Below the pieces are notes generated by a model that was given only the letters and a program-made list of their open reading frames with translations, ran no database searches and was not told the origin of the DNA. Shown one piece after another: positions 55,564-64,000 of a DNA stretch of 64,000 nt. The stretch spans positions 138-64,137 of the forward strand of contig CAWGAV010000020.1 of NCBI GenBank assembly GCA_963820625.1. The letters are read 5' to 3'. The position numbers and the translations under genes are program-made. The DNA comes from an uncultured delta proteobacterium. GTDB taxonomy: Bacteria > Desulfobacterota > BSN033 > UBA1163. Each line of letters begins with the position of its first letter. Within the stretch, counting starts at the first letter, position 1.

Positions 55564-56103
55564 TTATTGAGATTTGATCAATTCCTGCAAGGCTTCTTCA
55601 TAGACGCTGTGGGTTTTTGAATCGAAGAGAACGAATCGGACAAGTTTAATTTCGGGATGGTCTTTCAAATAATCCATCACAGTCTTTAAGGCGATTCGGG
55701 AAGCCTCCTCCACGGGATACCCATAAATTCCTGTACTGATAGAAGGGAAGGCAATCGAGGAAATTTTGTTCTGGGTGCATAGTTCCAGACTCTTCCGATA
55801 AGCGCTCGACAAAAGTTCAGGATCTTTGGGTGATCCTGAATATCTCGGGCCGACTGCGTGGATCACATATCTGGCCTTGAGATTTCCTCCACCCGTGATC
55901 ACAGCGGAACCTGTCGGGCAACCCTTATACTTTGCTTTTAGCTCTGACATAATAGAATGCCCACCTGCCCCATGGATGGCACCATCCACTCCGCCCCCTC
56001 CTGCCAATGCAGAATTGGCGGCATTACCGATGGCCTCTGTATCCTGCTGGGTGATATCGCCCTGTATGACTTCTAAAGTTGATTGATGAATCGTTGCTTT
56101 CAT
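55564..56103 (-). CDS. macro-domain protein (O-acetyl-ADP-ribose deacetylase / YmdB-like)
   Basis: VIQGDITQQDTEAIGNAANSALAGGGGVDGAIHGAGG...VIHAVGP...IAFPSISTGIYGYP. Confidence 0.9.
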   Translation of the reverse strand: MKATIHQSTLEVIQGDITQQDTEAIGNAANSALAGGGGVDGAIHGAGGHSIMSELKAKYKGCPTGSAVITGGGNLKARYVIHAVGPRYSGSPKDPELLSSAYRKSLELCTQNKISSIAFPSISTGIYGYPVEEASRIALKTVMDYLKDHPEIKLVRFVLFDSKTHSVYEEALQELIKSQ

Positions 56104-56200
56104 CTTTCTTCTCTCCCTTTATTTATTGCATTTAGATTCTGGAGTTATGCATATCAGAAAGAGTTGACTTCGTCAATATTGGAAGTTAAGGTTTTAAGCG

Positions 56201-57478
56201 ATGAAGGCGATGAAACCGATCAACTATGGCTGGGTGATTGTTGGAGTGGGCGTTCTCGTCAAGATGACAGGCTTAGGGTTTGGCCGGTTTGCTTATCCCA
56301 TGCTCATTCCCAATATGAGAGGATCGCTTGGATTCAACTATATCGAGATGGGACTTTTAAGCGGAGCCATCATGTTGGGTTACCTTCTCTTCTCCCTTAT
56401 TGGTGGAATATTGGCAACACGGTTCGGTCCCAAAAGGATTGTGATCATTTCCCTCCTTTGTAGTGCTCTCTCCATGTTCTCCATCAGTAGATTATCCGGC
56501 CTCCTTCCTCTTCTCTTCTTCAGCTTCGCCATGGGAGCAGGGGGTGCAGGGGCTCACATTTCCATGACCACTTTACCCATGGCATGGTTTGGAGAGCGGA
56601 GATTGGGCAGGGCCCTTGGCGTTGTGACAGGTGGAACAGGCCTCGGCATCATTGTCACGGGTCTTCTGCTTCCCTATCTTCTATTCAATTTGGGGAAAGA
56701 GGCGTGGAGACAGTGCTGGCTCCTTCTGGCCTTGATCACTTTTTTGGTGGTGGTGATCGGATGGATATTATTGAGGGAAAAACCGAACCAGATGTCACTT
56801 CTTCCTTCCGGTCCTGATGGAGATGAAAAATCCATTCTCTCTCAAGACAACAAAAATGGACTCAGCCTTAAGGCAATCTTTATCATCTATTTCATCTTTG
56901 GATTTGCTTATAACATCTATGCCACCTATTTTGTCGCTTATATGGTCGAGGAGATTCGACTTTCAGAAAAAACGGCAGGAAATATCTGGGCCCTCTTCGG
57001 TTGGATGTGTATGGGGAGTGGATTGATTTGGGGGTTTATTTCTGACCGTTTGGGAAGACGAAAGGCCCTGCTCTGGAACAACGGGATCATCGCCTTTTCC
57101 GTTCTCCTTCCTCTTCTGTTCCATCAGTCTTTTATCCTCGGCCTTTCTGCCTTTCTTTTTGGAGCGACTTTTTTAGGAACGGTCACTGTCATTGCTGCAT
57201 CGATTGGAGATCAGGTGGTTGAAAAAAGGGCTTCTGTTTATGGATTGGTTACCCTGATCCATGGCATCGGACAGTTTTTAGGGACAATCTCTGGTGGGTA
57301 TTTAAAAGATTTAAGCGGTTCTTTTCAATCGACCCTTATTGTTTCCCTGATTGGTTTTCTCCTCTGCATCCTCCTGACCACCATTACCCCCCACCCTCTC
57401 CCTCCCCCTCAAGGGGGGAGGGAAGTAGGTGGGGGTGAGGTTAGAGGGTTTCGTAAAACGATTTTTTCAAAAACTTAA
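56201..57478 (+). CDS. MFS transporter
   Basis: About 12 TM segments. The C-terminal about 30 aa (PHPLPPPQGGREVGGGEVRGF...) are translated from a REP-like palindrome and overlap the convergent gene. Confidence 0.8.
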   Translation: MKAMKPINYGWVIVGVGVLVKMTGLGFGRFAYPMLIPNMRGSLGFNYIEMGLLSGAIMLGYLLFSLIGGILATRFGPKRIVIISLLCSALSMFSISRLSGLLPLLFFSFAMGAGGAGAHISMTTLPMAWFGERRLGRALGVVTGGTGLGIIVTGLLLPYLLFNLGKEAWRQCWLLLALITFLVVVIGWILLREKPNQMSLLPSGPDGDEKSILSQDNKNGLSLKAIFIIYFIFGFAYNIYATYFVAYMVEEIRLSEKTAGNIWALFGWMCMGSGLIWGFISDRLGRRKALLWNNGIIAFSVLLPLLFHQSFILGLSAFLFGATFLGTVTVIAASIGDQVVEKRASVYGLVTLIHGIGQFLGTISGGYLKDLSGSFQSTLIVSLIGFLLCILLTTITPHPLPPPQGGREVGGGEVRGFRKTIFSKT

Positions 57479-58049
57479 AGGAAGTTACAAATTTATCGAA
57501 GATCTCAAAAGCCGATAGATCATAAGACGCATCCATAGGTCTCCATTGGGTAATATAGAAACCTACGACCCGATCACCCCGTTTGCCGAAGACCACTTTG
57601 GCTCTGACCTTTTCCTTTTTAATTGGATCTTTCCCTTCGACCGTTACCGCTAGTCCTTCTCCACCCACCACCTGGACTTTTTTCTTCTCCAGGATTTGAA
57701 ACTGGAGGATAGCATTAAAAAGGAATCGTTTAAAGAATTCCTTTTCCCTTTTTTCAAACCCTGGGGTACAACCAAAAGGCTCTTCGTCATAAGCAAAGGA
57801 GGTCACAGAAGGATAGCCTCCAGAGTCTGATTTCATAAATCCAAAATTGATATCATTTTCACCCACTTCCACCCGAAGCAATTTCCAGTCCGGAGGTGGG
57901 GGCATAAACTCAAATTCGTCTTCCCAGATGACCGTTCCCTGAGGAGACAATCGATAAGGAACTTTCTTAGGGGGTTCCGTGGTGGCACATCCCGCAAGCC
58001 AAGCCATCACCAACATCGAACATAGAATCGTCAATGCTTTTCTTTTCAT
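57441..58049 (-). CDS. lipoprotein of unknown function
   Basis: Lipobox MAWLAGC. The start overlaps the peroxiredoxin stop (ATGA). Confidence 0.5.
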   Translation of the reverse strand: MKRKALTILCSMLVMAWLAGCATTEPPKKVPYRLSPQGTVIWEDEFEFMPPPPDWKLLRVEVGENDINFGFMKSDSGGYPSVTSFAYDEEPFGCTPGFEKREKEFFKRFLFNAILQFQILEKKKVQVVGGEGLAVTVEGKDPIKKEKVRAKVVFGKRGDRVVGFYITQWRPMDASYDLSAFEIFDKFVTSFKFLKKSFYETL

Positions 58050-58597
58050 GGTTTTCCTCCTTCCTGATTCAATTTTTTGAGAAAGAGGAGAATGTCTTTG
58101 AAGTCGGGCGAGCCGTCCCTCACATAACGAATGATCCCCTTCTTGTCAATGATGACCGTCCGTCTTCCAAAGATAGGATTTCCTTCAGGCTGGATGTCGA
58201 AAGAGACACCCAAAAAGGCAGTCACATTTGAGAGGAGAGGAAAAGTTAAATCCAAGCCTTTTGCCCAATATTTTAAGGTTGTCACATCATCCCGACTGAC
58301 GCCCAGGACCCGGGCGTTGAAGCGCTCATAGAGGTAGAGATTCCTCTGATGGCCCTCCATCTCGCCCGTTCAGACGGGGGTGAAGGCCGCTGGGAAGAAG
58401 GTAATAATTAGATGATGTTTTCCATAATACTCATCTGCATAGTTGATCAACCGGTCGTGGGTAGAGGGCAGGGTAAAATTGAGTGTCTCTCGACCGATTA
58501 ACTCTACTTTTTTTGCGGCTTCGGCATTGGAAAAGAGAAAAAGAAATAGAAAAAATAGTGAGAATAAAATCCATCGATCAAAGGCCTTTTTTCTCAT
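58046..58597 (-). CDS. secreted peroxiredoxin (AhpC/TSA family) with UGA at the peroxidatic Cys position (probable selenoprotein)
   Basis: ORFs 58370..58597 and 58046..58360 are in one frame (552 nt). Translation: ...HHLIITFFPAAFTPV-[TGA 58370-58372]-TGEMEGHQRNLYLYERFNARVLGVSRDD. The canonical motif is FTPVCTxE. Bulged hairpin at 58327-58351. Confidence 0.75.
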
Positions 58598-58724
58598 TCG
58601 CCCCTCCTTTCATTTTTTTTACAATTTTATAATATTCCCTGTGGTTTTGCAATCTTCCTTTTTCTCACAAAAATGGCTTGCCAAAACATATTGAAGAGTG
58701 CTAAGTTGTTTTTGAGGAAATAAG

Positions 58725-59129
58725 ATGATTGCCTTCGATCTTTTCTGTTCAAACGGTCATAAATTTGAGTGCTGGTTCAAGGACAGTGCCTCTTTCGAGG
58801 AACAAAAAGAGGCCGGAATCATCACCTGTCCTATTTGTGACGATCATCAAATAGAAAAGGCCTTTTCTCCTTTTGCAATCAAAAAGGGTGGGGAGAGGGT
58901 GAAAGAGGAGATCGATCCTCATCAAGCACTTCAGTTGGTCCATGATTATTTGAACAAGCATTTTGAGGATGTAGGGGCTGAATTTTACAAAGAGGCTCTC
59001 AAGATTCATTACGGAGAGGCAGAAACAAGGAATATTAAAGGAACCGCCACGACAGAAGAGGAGGTTATCCTAAAAGAAGAAGGGGTCCAATTCTTCAAAG
59101 TTCCCATCATCAAACGTCTGTTGAACTGA
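58725..59129 (+). CDS. DUF1178-family zinc-ribbon protein
   Basis: MIAFDLFCSNGHKFECWFKDSASFEEQKEAGIITCPICD. Confidence 0.7.
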   Translation: MIAFDLFCSNGHKFECWFKDSASFEEQKEAGIITCPICDDHQIEKAFSPFAIKKGGERVKEEIDPHQALQLVHDYLNKHFEDVGAEFYKEALKIHYGEAETRNIKGTATTEEEVILKEEGVQFFKVPIIKRLLN

Positions 59130-59413
59130 ACTCCACCATTAAACAAAGCAAAGAGCATAGCGCTTAGCGCATAGCGAAAAAGATACCCGATAGATTTACA
59201 GGGTGATGAAATAACCTATCTTATCGTTATTCTGAGTAAGGCGAAGAATCTCAACTACTAAAATATCTGGGTTTTACGGTTTTAAAACCAGACTGACTTC
59301 CTGGAATTTGTCATCTCTCATCTCGCAAAATACAAGACCTTTAAATGGGTGACCCTCTCAGCACCTTGAACTCATCCTAAAATCGTCATCAAAAGTATCA
59401 AATTTCGGGTCAG

Positions 59414-60179
59414 CTACATTTGTTTGAAGAGATGAAGGTAGTTGCGGCTTACGGTGAGAAGCTCCGGTCTCTCTTTAAGTTTCAATATTCCCCGTCCTGT
59501 GAGTGAACGACTCACTTTGTCTATCTTGGAAACATTCACGATGGTTCCCCGGTGTATCTGCCAGAATTGACTGGGATCGAGTTCCTGGGCCAATTCTTTA
59601 ATGCTCTTTTTAATAAGGGACTCCCCTTCTTTCGTTATGACCAGAGTGTATTTATCTTCGGCCTTGAAGTAGTCTGCCTCCTCCACGGGTATGAGACGGA
59701 TACTATCTTTATTTTGCGTTTTAATCCAACGGAGGAAATCAGACTCCCCCTCTACCCGGTAACTTGGAAAGGACCTGCTCTACAACCTCAGCCAATCTTG
59801 CAGGTGGTTCAGTGGAAGAATTCAATTGGTTCTTGAGGCGTTGAACGGTCTGAATGAGTCTCTCTTTTGATACAGGTTTGAGGAGATAATCAACCGCCTC
59901 CTTCTCAAAAGCTTCTACCGCATACTGATCGAAGGCAGTGACAAATACGATACGACAGAGACCTGCGATTCTTTTTGCCACCTCCATGCCTGAAAGACCG
60001 GGCATTCTGATATCAAGGAAGGCGATCTGCGGCCGCTTTGATTCCACTAATTCAAGGGTTTCTTTTCCATTTTTGGCCTCGCCGCAAATGATGAGCTCCG
60101 GCCAAATCTCTGACAAAATGGATTTGAGGTAGGTCCTCAACTCTTTTTCATCATCAGCCATGATGGCTTTGTAAATCAT
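59414..60179 (-). pseudogene. LytR/AlgR-family response regulator (REC + LytTR) interrupted by one frameshift at a G5 run (about 59745)
   Basis: REC domain: IMADDEKELR...FLDIRMPGLSG...LLKP. The shifted frame gives ESDFLRWIKTQNKDSIRLIPVEEADYFKAEDKYTLV...IHRGTIVN...VSRNY. Length mod 3 = 1. Confidence 0.85.
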
Positions 60180-61147
60180 TGTTTTGGTACCTCAATGATT
60201 GCCCTTACTCCGTTTGGCTTGTTCTCTTCTATGATGAAACGCCCTTTTTCCCCATAAAGCAATTTAATACGTTCTTTCACGTTTCCTATACCCACTCCGG
60301 TCTTGTGAAGAGAAGAGAATCCACAGCCCGTATCCATGACTTCGATTCTAATGAGGTCTTCTTCTTCCGTAGCCTTTATCATGATTTCTCCTCCCTCCAT
60401 TTTGGGCTCAAGCCCATGTTTTAAGGCATTCTCTACCAGAGGCTGAAGCAGCATAGGCGGGAAGGGATGTTTGGAGACTGCATCAGGAAGCTCGATCTTG
60501 AAATGCAGCCTTTCGCCCATTCTGATTTTTTGAATATTTAGATAAGCTTTGATCATGTCCATTTCCTGATCCAACGTGATGGGATCAGGGAACGTCCTTG
60601 ACAAAGAGGTGCGCAGATAGTGAATTAGGTCCACTAACATGGACTTGCCATTGGCCGGGTCTGTGTCTATCAGGCTCAGGACATTGGAAAGGGTATTGAA
60701 CAGGAAATGGGGCTCGATCTGAGCCTGAAGCAGTCTCAGATTGGCCTCCAGGGCTTCTTTTTCACTAGAAAGACGTTTGATCCTTTCCTGCTGGATCTCC
60801 TCCTTACTGATTCTTAGTCTTGATATAGAGATAAAAAAGTAACTGAAAACACTACCGAAGGTGATGGCCAATATAATGGTCCGAAGAAGACTTTTCTCCG
60901 GTTGCATAAGGGCAATGGAAAAAATTTGCTGAAGGACAAAAGACCCTATTTGAAGGCCGATAAGGGTTCCACCGGCAATACCCATCATGACTATGAAAAC
61001 TAAAGATGCCATTTTCTTTGGTTTGAATATCCAAAGTAAAAACATAATCATCGAGCAGATAGAGATGCCGAAAGATTGAGACACAATTAAATTAATGATA
61101 AAGGACTTTGTCGTGATACCCGTAAAGGTCAAGAAAGCGGCGATCAA
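60176..61147 (-). CDS. LytS/YehU-type sensor histidine kinase
   Basis: Multi-TM N-terminus. His_kinase motif QIEPHFLFNTLSNV. HATPase_c region (LQPLVENALKHG...DTGCG). Confidence 0.85.
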   Translation of the reverse strand: MIAAFLTFTGITTKSFIINLIVSQSFGISICSMIMFLLWIFKPKKMASLVFIVMMGIAGGTLIGLQIGSFVLQQIFSIALMQPEKSLLRTIILAITFGSVFSYFFISISRLRISKEEIQQERIKRLSSEKEALEANLRLLQAQIEPHFLFNTLSNVLSLIDTDPANGKSMLVDLIHYLRTSLSRTFPDPITLDQEMDMIKAYLNIQKIRMGERLHFKIELPDAVSKHPFPPMLLQPLVENALKHGLEPKMEGGEIMIKATEEEDLIRIEVMDTGCGFSSLHKTGVGIGNVKERIKLLYGEKGRFIIEENKPNGVRAIIEVPKQ

Positions 61148-61264
61148 AGTGGATATGATAATTGTATAGAGTAAATCAATTAGAACATTTCTCGCATTGA
61201 TATAATGCGTACCGATATAGATTTCGCCTTTGTTCCATGCTCAGGTCACCCGGTGCTTTCTATA

Positions 61265-62737
61265 TCATAAAGTATACTTTAAACCGATCATCCATTGGTA
61301 ATCAAGGATACTCCCAAACTCTGTATTCTTGCCACCTGCCATGACGGTACCGACGGAAAACAACTCCAGATGGTTACCCAGCGAATATGACACAACTGTT
61401 GTAAATTGACCAGATCCATCATTCAAATTCTGGGTCCAGCGTAAGGTAAGATCGATTTTGTTTTTGATATTATTCTGAGTATACTGGAGCAGTGCATAAT
61501 TCTTTCGCAAGAATCTTAATCCCGTATTGACCGTTTGGCCAAGGGTCTTTTGTCCCAATGCCGATACCAAACCGCCAAGGCTGATCGCTTCTGCTGCCCT
61601 GTGCCTTAAGGAATAGTAACGATCTGTCTCAGCATCACTGTAGCCTGGGCTAGAATAGGTGTATTCCACCGACAAGGTTCCACTTGCTGCAAAAGTGTAG
61701 GAGCCTCCGACTAAGAGAACTGGTTTAATAGTGGAATCGTCTTGATGGAGTTTTTGCATTGAAGCCCCCAAAGGGGAGCTATCCCTCTTGGGGTATAACG
61801 CCTTACTACCTTGAGTAATGACTCCCTCGCCATAGAGCAGGATGGCATCGGAAATAGTCCATCCTCCAAAAAACCCCAATGAGTTCAGGGAATCCTCCCT
61901 ATGCGAGAAGATGATTGAACCATAATTCTGCCGGCCTGTATAATCTATCTTCAAGGCATAAGTCTTTTCAAATGGTGTACCTTGAGGAAAGCCAATCGGA
62001 AAGCCGGATGCGGTCTTGTTACGTCCTTCATCTGTATTGGCGATGAAAGATATCGTCCAGGAACTTCCCGGGATCCAGACCAACCGGCCGAAATCCATGC
62101 CCGGCACTTCCAGGTAGGGGTTACGACGACCATTCTCCTGGAAAAAAGGATTGGAAGGAGAGAAAAGAAAAGAAGGCCCCCATTGCAGGTTTTCGCGGCC
62201 GTAGGATATAAATAGATTCTCACGCACCTTCCATCTTACCAACCACTCATTGATGTACCAATCATCATCCCATTCTGACTCTCCCTTGCGGTACCCTTCT
62301 CGCCAGATGCTATACTCAAGTCTCATTCTGGGTTTAGCACTTAGCTCTAAAGGGTCTATGTTTAAACGCAGATCCGGCCGTATTTCCAGATCAGCCGTGT
62401 AATGCGGAATTTGCAGAAAGTTGTTTCCAGGATTTTGACTTGAATTGGAAGGCTCCTGGATAATACCAAAGGTCAAAATCCGCAAATCCCACGAAAAGTG
62501 CTCGGCCAATGTCTTCTGGATCACGGCAAGGCTTGTAGGACTATCCTCAGCAGCCATTACTATCTCTGACCACCAACCTAAAGCAGACATTAATAAGACA
62601 ACCACTATGAGAAGGCGCCTCTTTACCTGAAAATCCCCCCATCCCCCCTTTACGAAAGGGGGGTGAGGGGGGATTGTTTCTATCCGCTTTTGTGTTTCAT
62701 TGGGATATGAATGTTTCATTAAGAGGTTTGGTCTCAT
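61265..62737 (-). CDS. putative outer-membrane beta-barrel protein (start uncertain)
   Basis: Tyr/Gly/Ser-rich alternating pattern and an internal signal-like segment (LLIVVVLLMSALGWW). The first about 35 codons run through a REP-like palindrome (PPHPPFVKGGWGDF). Confidence 0.4.
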   Translation of the reverse strand: MRPNLLMKHSYPNETQKRIETIPPHPPFVKGGWGDFQVKRRLLIVVVLLMSALGWWSEIVMAAEDSPTSLAVIQKTLAEHFSWDLRILTFGIIQEPSNSSQNPGNNFLQIPHYTADLEIRPDLRLNIDPLELSAKPRMRLEYSIWREGYRKGESEWDDDWYINEWLVRWKVRENLFISYGRENLQWGPSFLFSPSNPFFQENGRRNPYLEVPGMDFGRLVWIPGSSWTISFIANTDEGRNKTASGFPIGFPQGTPFEKTYALKIDYTGRQNYGSIIFSHREDSLNSLGFFGGWTISDAILLYGEGVITQGSKALYPKRDSSPLGASMQKLHQDDSTIKPVLLVGGSYTFAASGTLSVEYTYSSPGYSDAETDRYYSLRHRAAEAISLGGLVSALGQKTLGQTVNTGLRFLRKNYALLQYTQNNIKNKIDLTLRWTQNLNDGSGQFTTVVSYSLGNHLELFSVGTVMAGGKNTEFGSILDYQWMIGLKYTL

Positions 62738-62748
62738 TTCGAAAGACT

Positions 62749-63558
62749 CTATCTCGTCAACAGGTTTAGGTTGAAAATGGAATCCGGAACCTTCTTAATC
62801 GACGCCTTGCGATAGCTCATGGTTGTGACATCCTCTTTTATTATGGCGCTTGTGATAACCATTTTAGAAATGAATTCCCGTGGCCTACCATCGACAGTAA
62901 TGCTATTTTCATATTCAAATGCGGCGGTTTTAAACATCTTTCCTGAAACAGTGTAAAATTCAGCCTTCAGTCCCACCAGCCGCTCTTTGGATATCCAGTA
63001 TTTGATCCGGTCATAAGTCGCTCTGTTATCAACTGCGCTTAAATCAAAGAGATAGCAAGGCTCTTTATTCACTATATCTTCCGAAGTTTGGACGATTTTA
63101 TAATCACCCACATAGTTGGTGGATGCGATGTCACCATTGGCAGCACCGCCCACCAGTTTCTGCCGGGGAGAGATAGGAACCGCTTTGGAGAGGCCCGGTT
63201 TTGCAAACCACATGTTGCGGTCCAGCATCAACAGCTTTTGGCCTTTCACATTGGGTGGGGCCAGAAACTCTGCCAGTGAATTGAAACCACGAGCAGTCAC
63301 CTTGATCGTTCTTTGTTGCTGACGGCCTCCTTCAATGGATTCAATTGCGATTTCCCACTCTACTCCTTCTGCGTTACCCCGAGCCTCATCCGCTTTTCGG
63401 AGGATCTCTTTTGGGCTCAGGTCTGTGGCAGCATGAAGCGGGGGAAGGGAAAACCCCACAAAGGAAACAAGTGTAAAAGCTAACATCATCAAAAATCGTT
63501 TAACGGTTCGGCCATTCATCCTCTTCCTCCTTCCAACGGTCTCACAGGGTTTGTCCAT
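62749..63558 (-). CDS. LolA-like outer-membrane lipoprotein-sorting family protein
   Basis: Signal peptide. Pattern LMLDRNMWFAKPGLSKAVPISPRQKLVGGAANGDIASTNY is typical of this family as I recall it. Confidence 0.5.
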   Translation of the reverse strand: MDKPCETVGRRKRMNGRTVKRFLMMLAFTLVSFVGFSLPPLHAATDLSPKEILRKADEARGNAEGVEWEIAIESIEGGRQQQRTIKVTARGFNSLAEFLAPPNVKGQKLLMLDRNMWFAKPGLSKAVPISPRQKLVGGAANGDIASTNYVGDYKIVQTSEDIVNKEPCYLFDLSAVDNRATYDRIKYWISKERLVGLKAEFYTVSGKMFKTAAFEYENSITVDGRPREFISKMVITSAIIKEDVTTMSYRKASIKKVPDSIFNLNLLTR

Positions 63559-64000
63559 TCCTCCAGTTCATCATCGTTTTGCCAATGAGTTCATCACCCA
63601 TCAATAGAATGGATAGATGATTTTCGTTTTCTACTATTTTGCTTACTGATTTCATTTGTATTTCTTTGTCTGAATAATCTGAGTACTTAACAATTTTTTC
63701 AGGTGCGAATAGTTCATCCTTCTCCCCAATAAAAAGTCCAAAGGGTTTATCAATTTTGCTAAATTGTTTTTGTGGAGCATCAGGGGTCATGGATACGGAC
63801 ATATGACGAGTTATGGATTGAAGCATCAGAGGTTGTGAGGCCAATATCTTCTCTGGGTAATTAAAATAGACTGCCGTTGTATGTCCGAATAAGCGACCGC
63901 CTGAGATTGCAGATAAGATGAAAACCCAATACCTGACAGTCGTAAAGGAACTTCTTATATTTTCCCGGGCAGTTGCAGATTTATATCCAAATTGAGGGGA
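63542..64000 (-). CDS. hypothetical protein, possibly alpha/beta-hydrolase-like (partial; 5' end beyond window end)
   Basis: The frame of ORF 63542..63844 stays open up to position 64000. C-terminal pattern FIGEKDELF...NENHLSIL resembles the Asp/His end of alpha/beta hydrolases. Confidence 0.35.
   Translation of the reverse strand, partial: SPQFGYKSATARENIRSSFTTVRYWVFILSAISGGRLFGHTTAVYFNYPEKILASQPLMLQSITRHMSVSMTPDAPQKQFSKIDKPFGLFIGEKDELFAPEKIVKYSDYSDKEIQMKSVSKIVENENHLSILLMGDELIGKTMMNWRNGQTL

Overview
This is a 64-kb chromosomal segment from a diderm (Gram-negative-type) bacterium. Taxon cannot be assigned from the sequence alone. Most genes are housekeeping: Fe-S and cysteine (iscU-like, cysE), fabH, rpoD, hisIG, accD, folC and lptD. 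A dTDP-rhamnose/UDP-glucose dehydrogenase/lipid A/heptose cluster covers rfbA, rfbC, rfbB, rfbD, ugd, an lpxH-like gene, gmhB and an lpxL-like gene. No rRNA, tRNA, CRISPR array or transposase was seen.

Main points:
1. There are two LexA paralogs, each heading its own polymerase module. lexA-1 is followed by an ImuA-like degenerate RecA-fold protein, an 88-aa protein and an archaeal-type family-B DNA polymerase with degenerate exonuclease motifs. lexA-2 is followed by dinB. Both promoters carry a related ACAAATGT-centred palindrome.
2. Three genes have an in-frame UGA at or next to a redox-active Cys position, each followed by a hairpin: a HesB-like protein, a peroxiredoxin and a rhodanese. 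These are probable selenoproteins.
3. A more AT-rich (by eye) type II restriction-modification island lies at about 18.1-21.1 kb.
4. A cassette-like accessory stretch at about 51-55.5 kb is punctuated by a 17-nt motif.
5. An orphan DGQHR (DndB-like) gene is present.
6. Intergenic repeats are unusually dense. They include hairpins whose arms are degenerate tandem 6-8-mers, one near-perfect (AACCTT)~11 microsatellite, and several REP-like palindrome families that run into gene ends.
7. At least 9 genes are broken by single-nucleotide frameshifts, many of them at short homopolymers. This may be sequence error rather than biology and limits confidence in exact gene boundaries.
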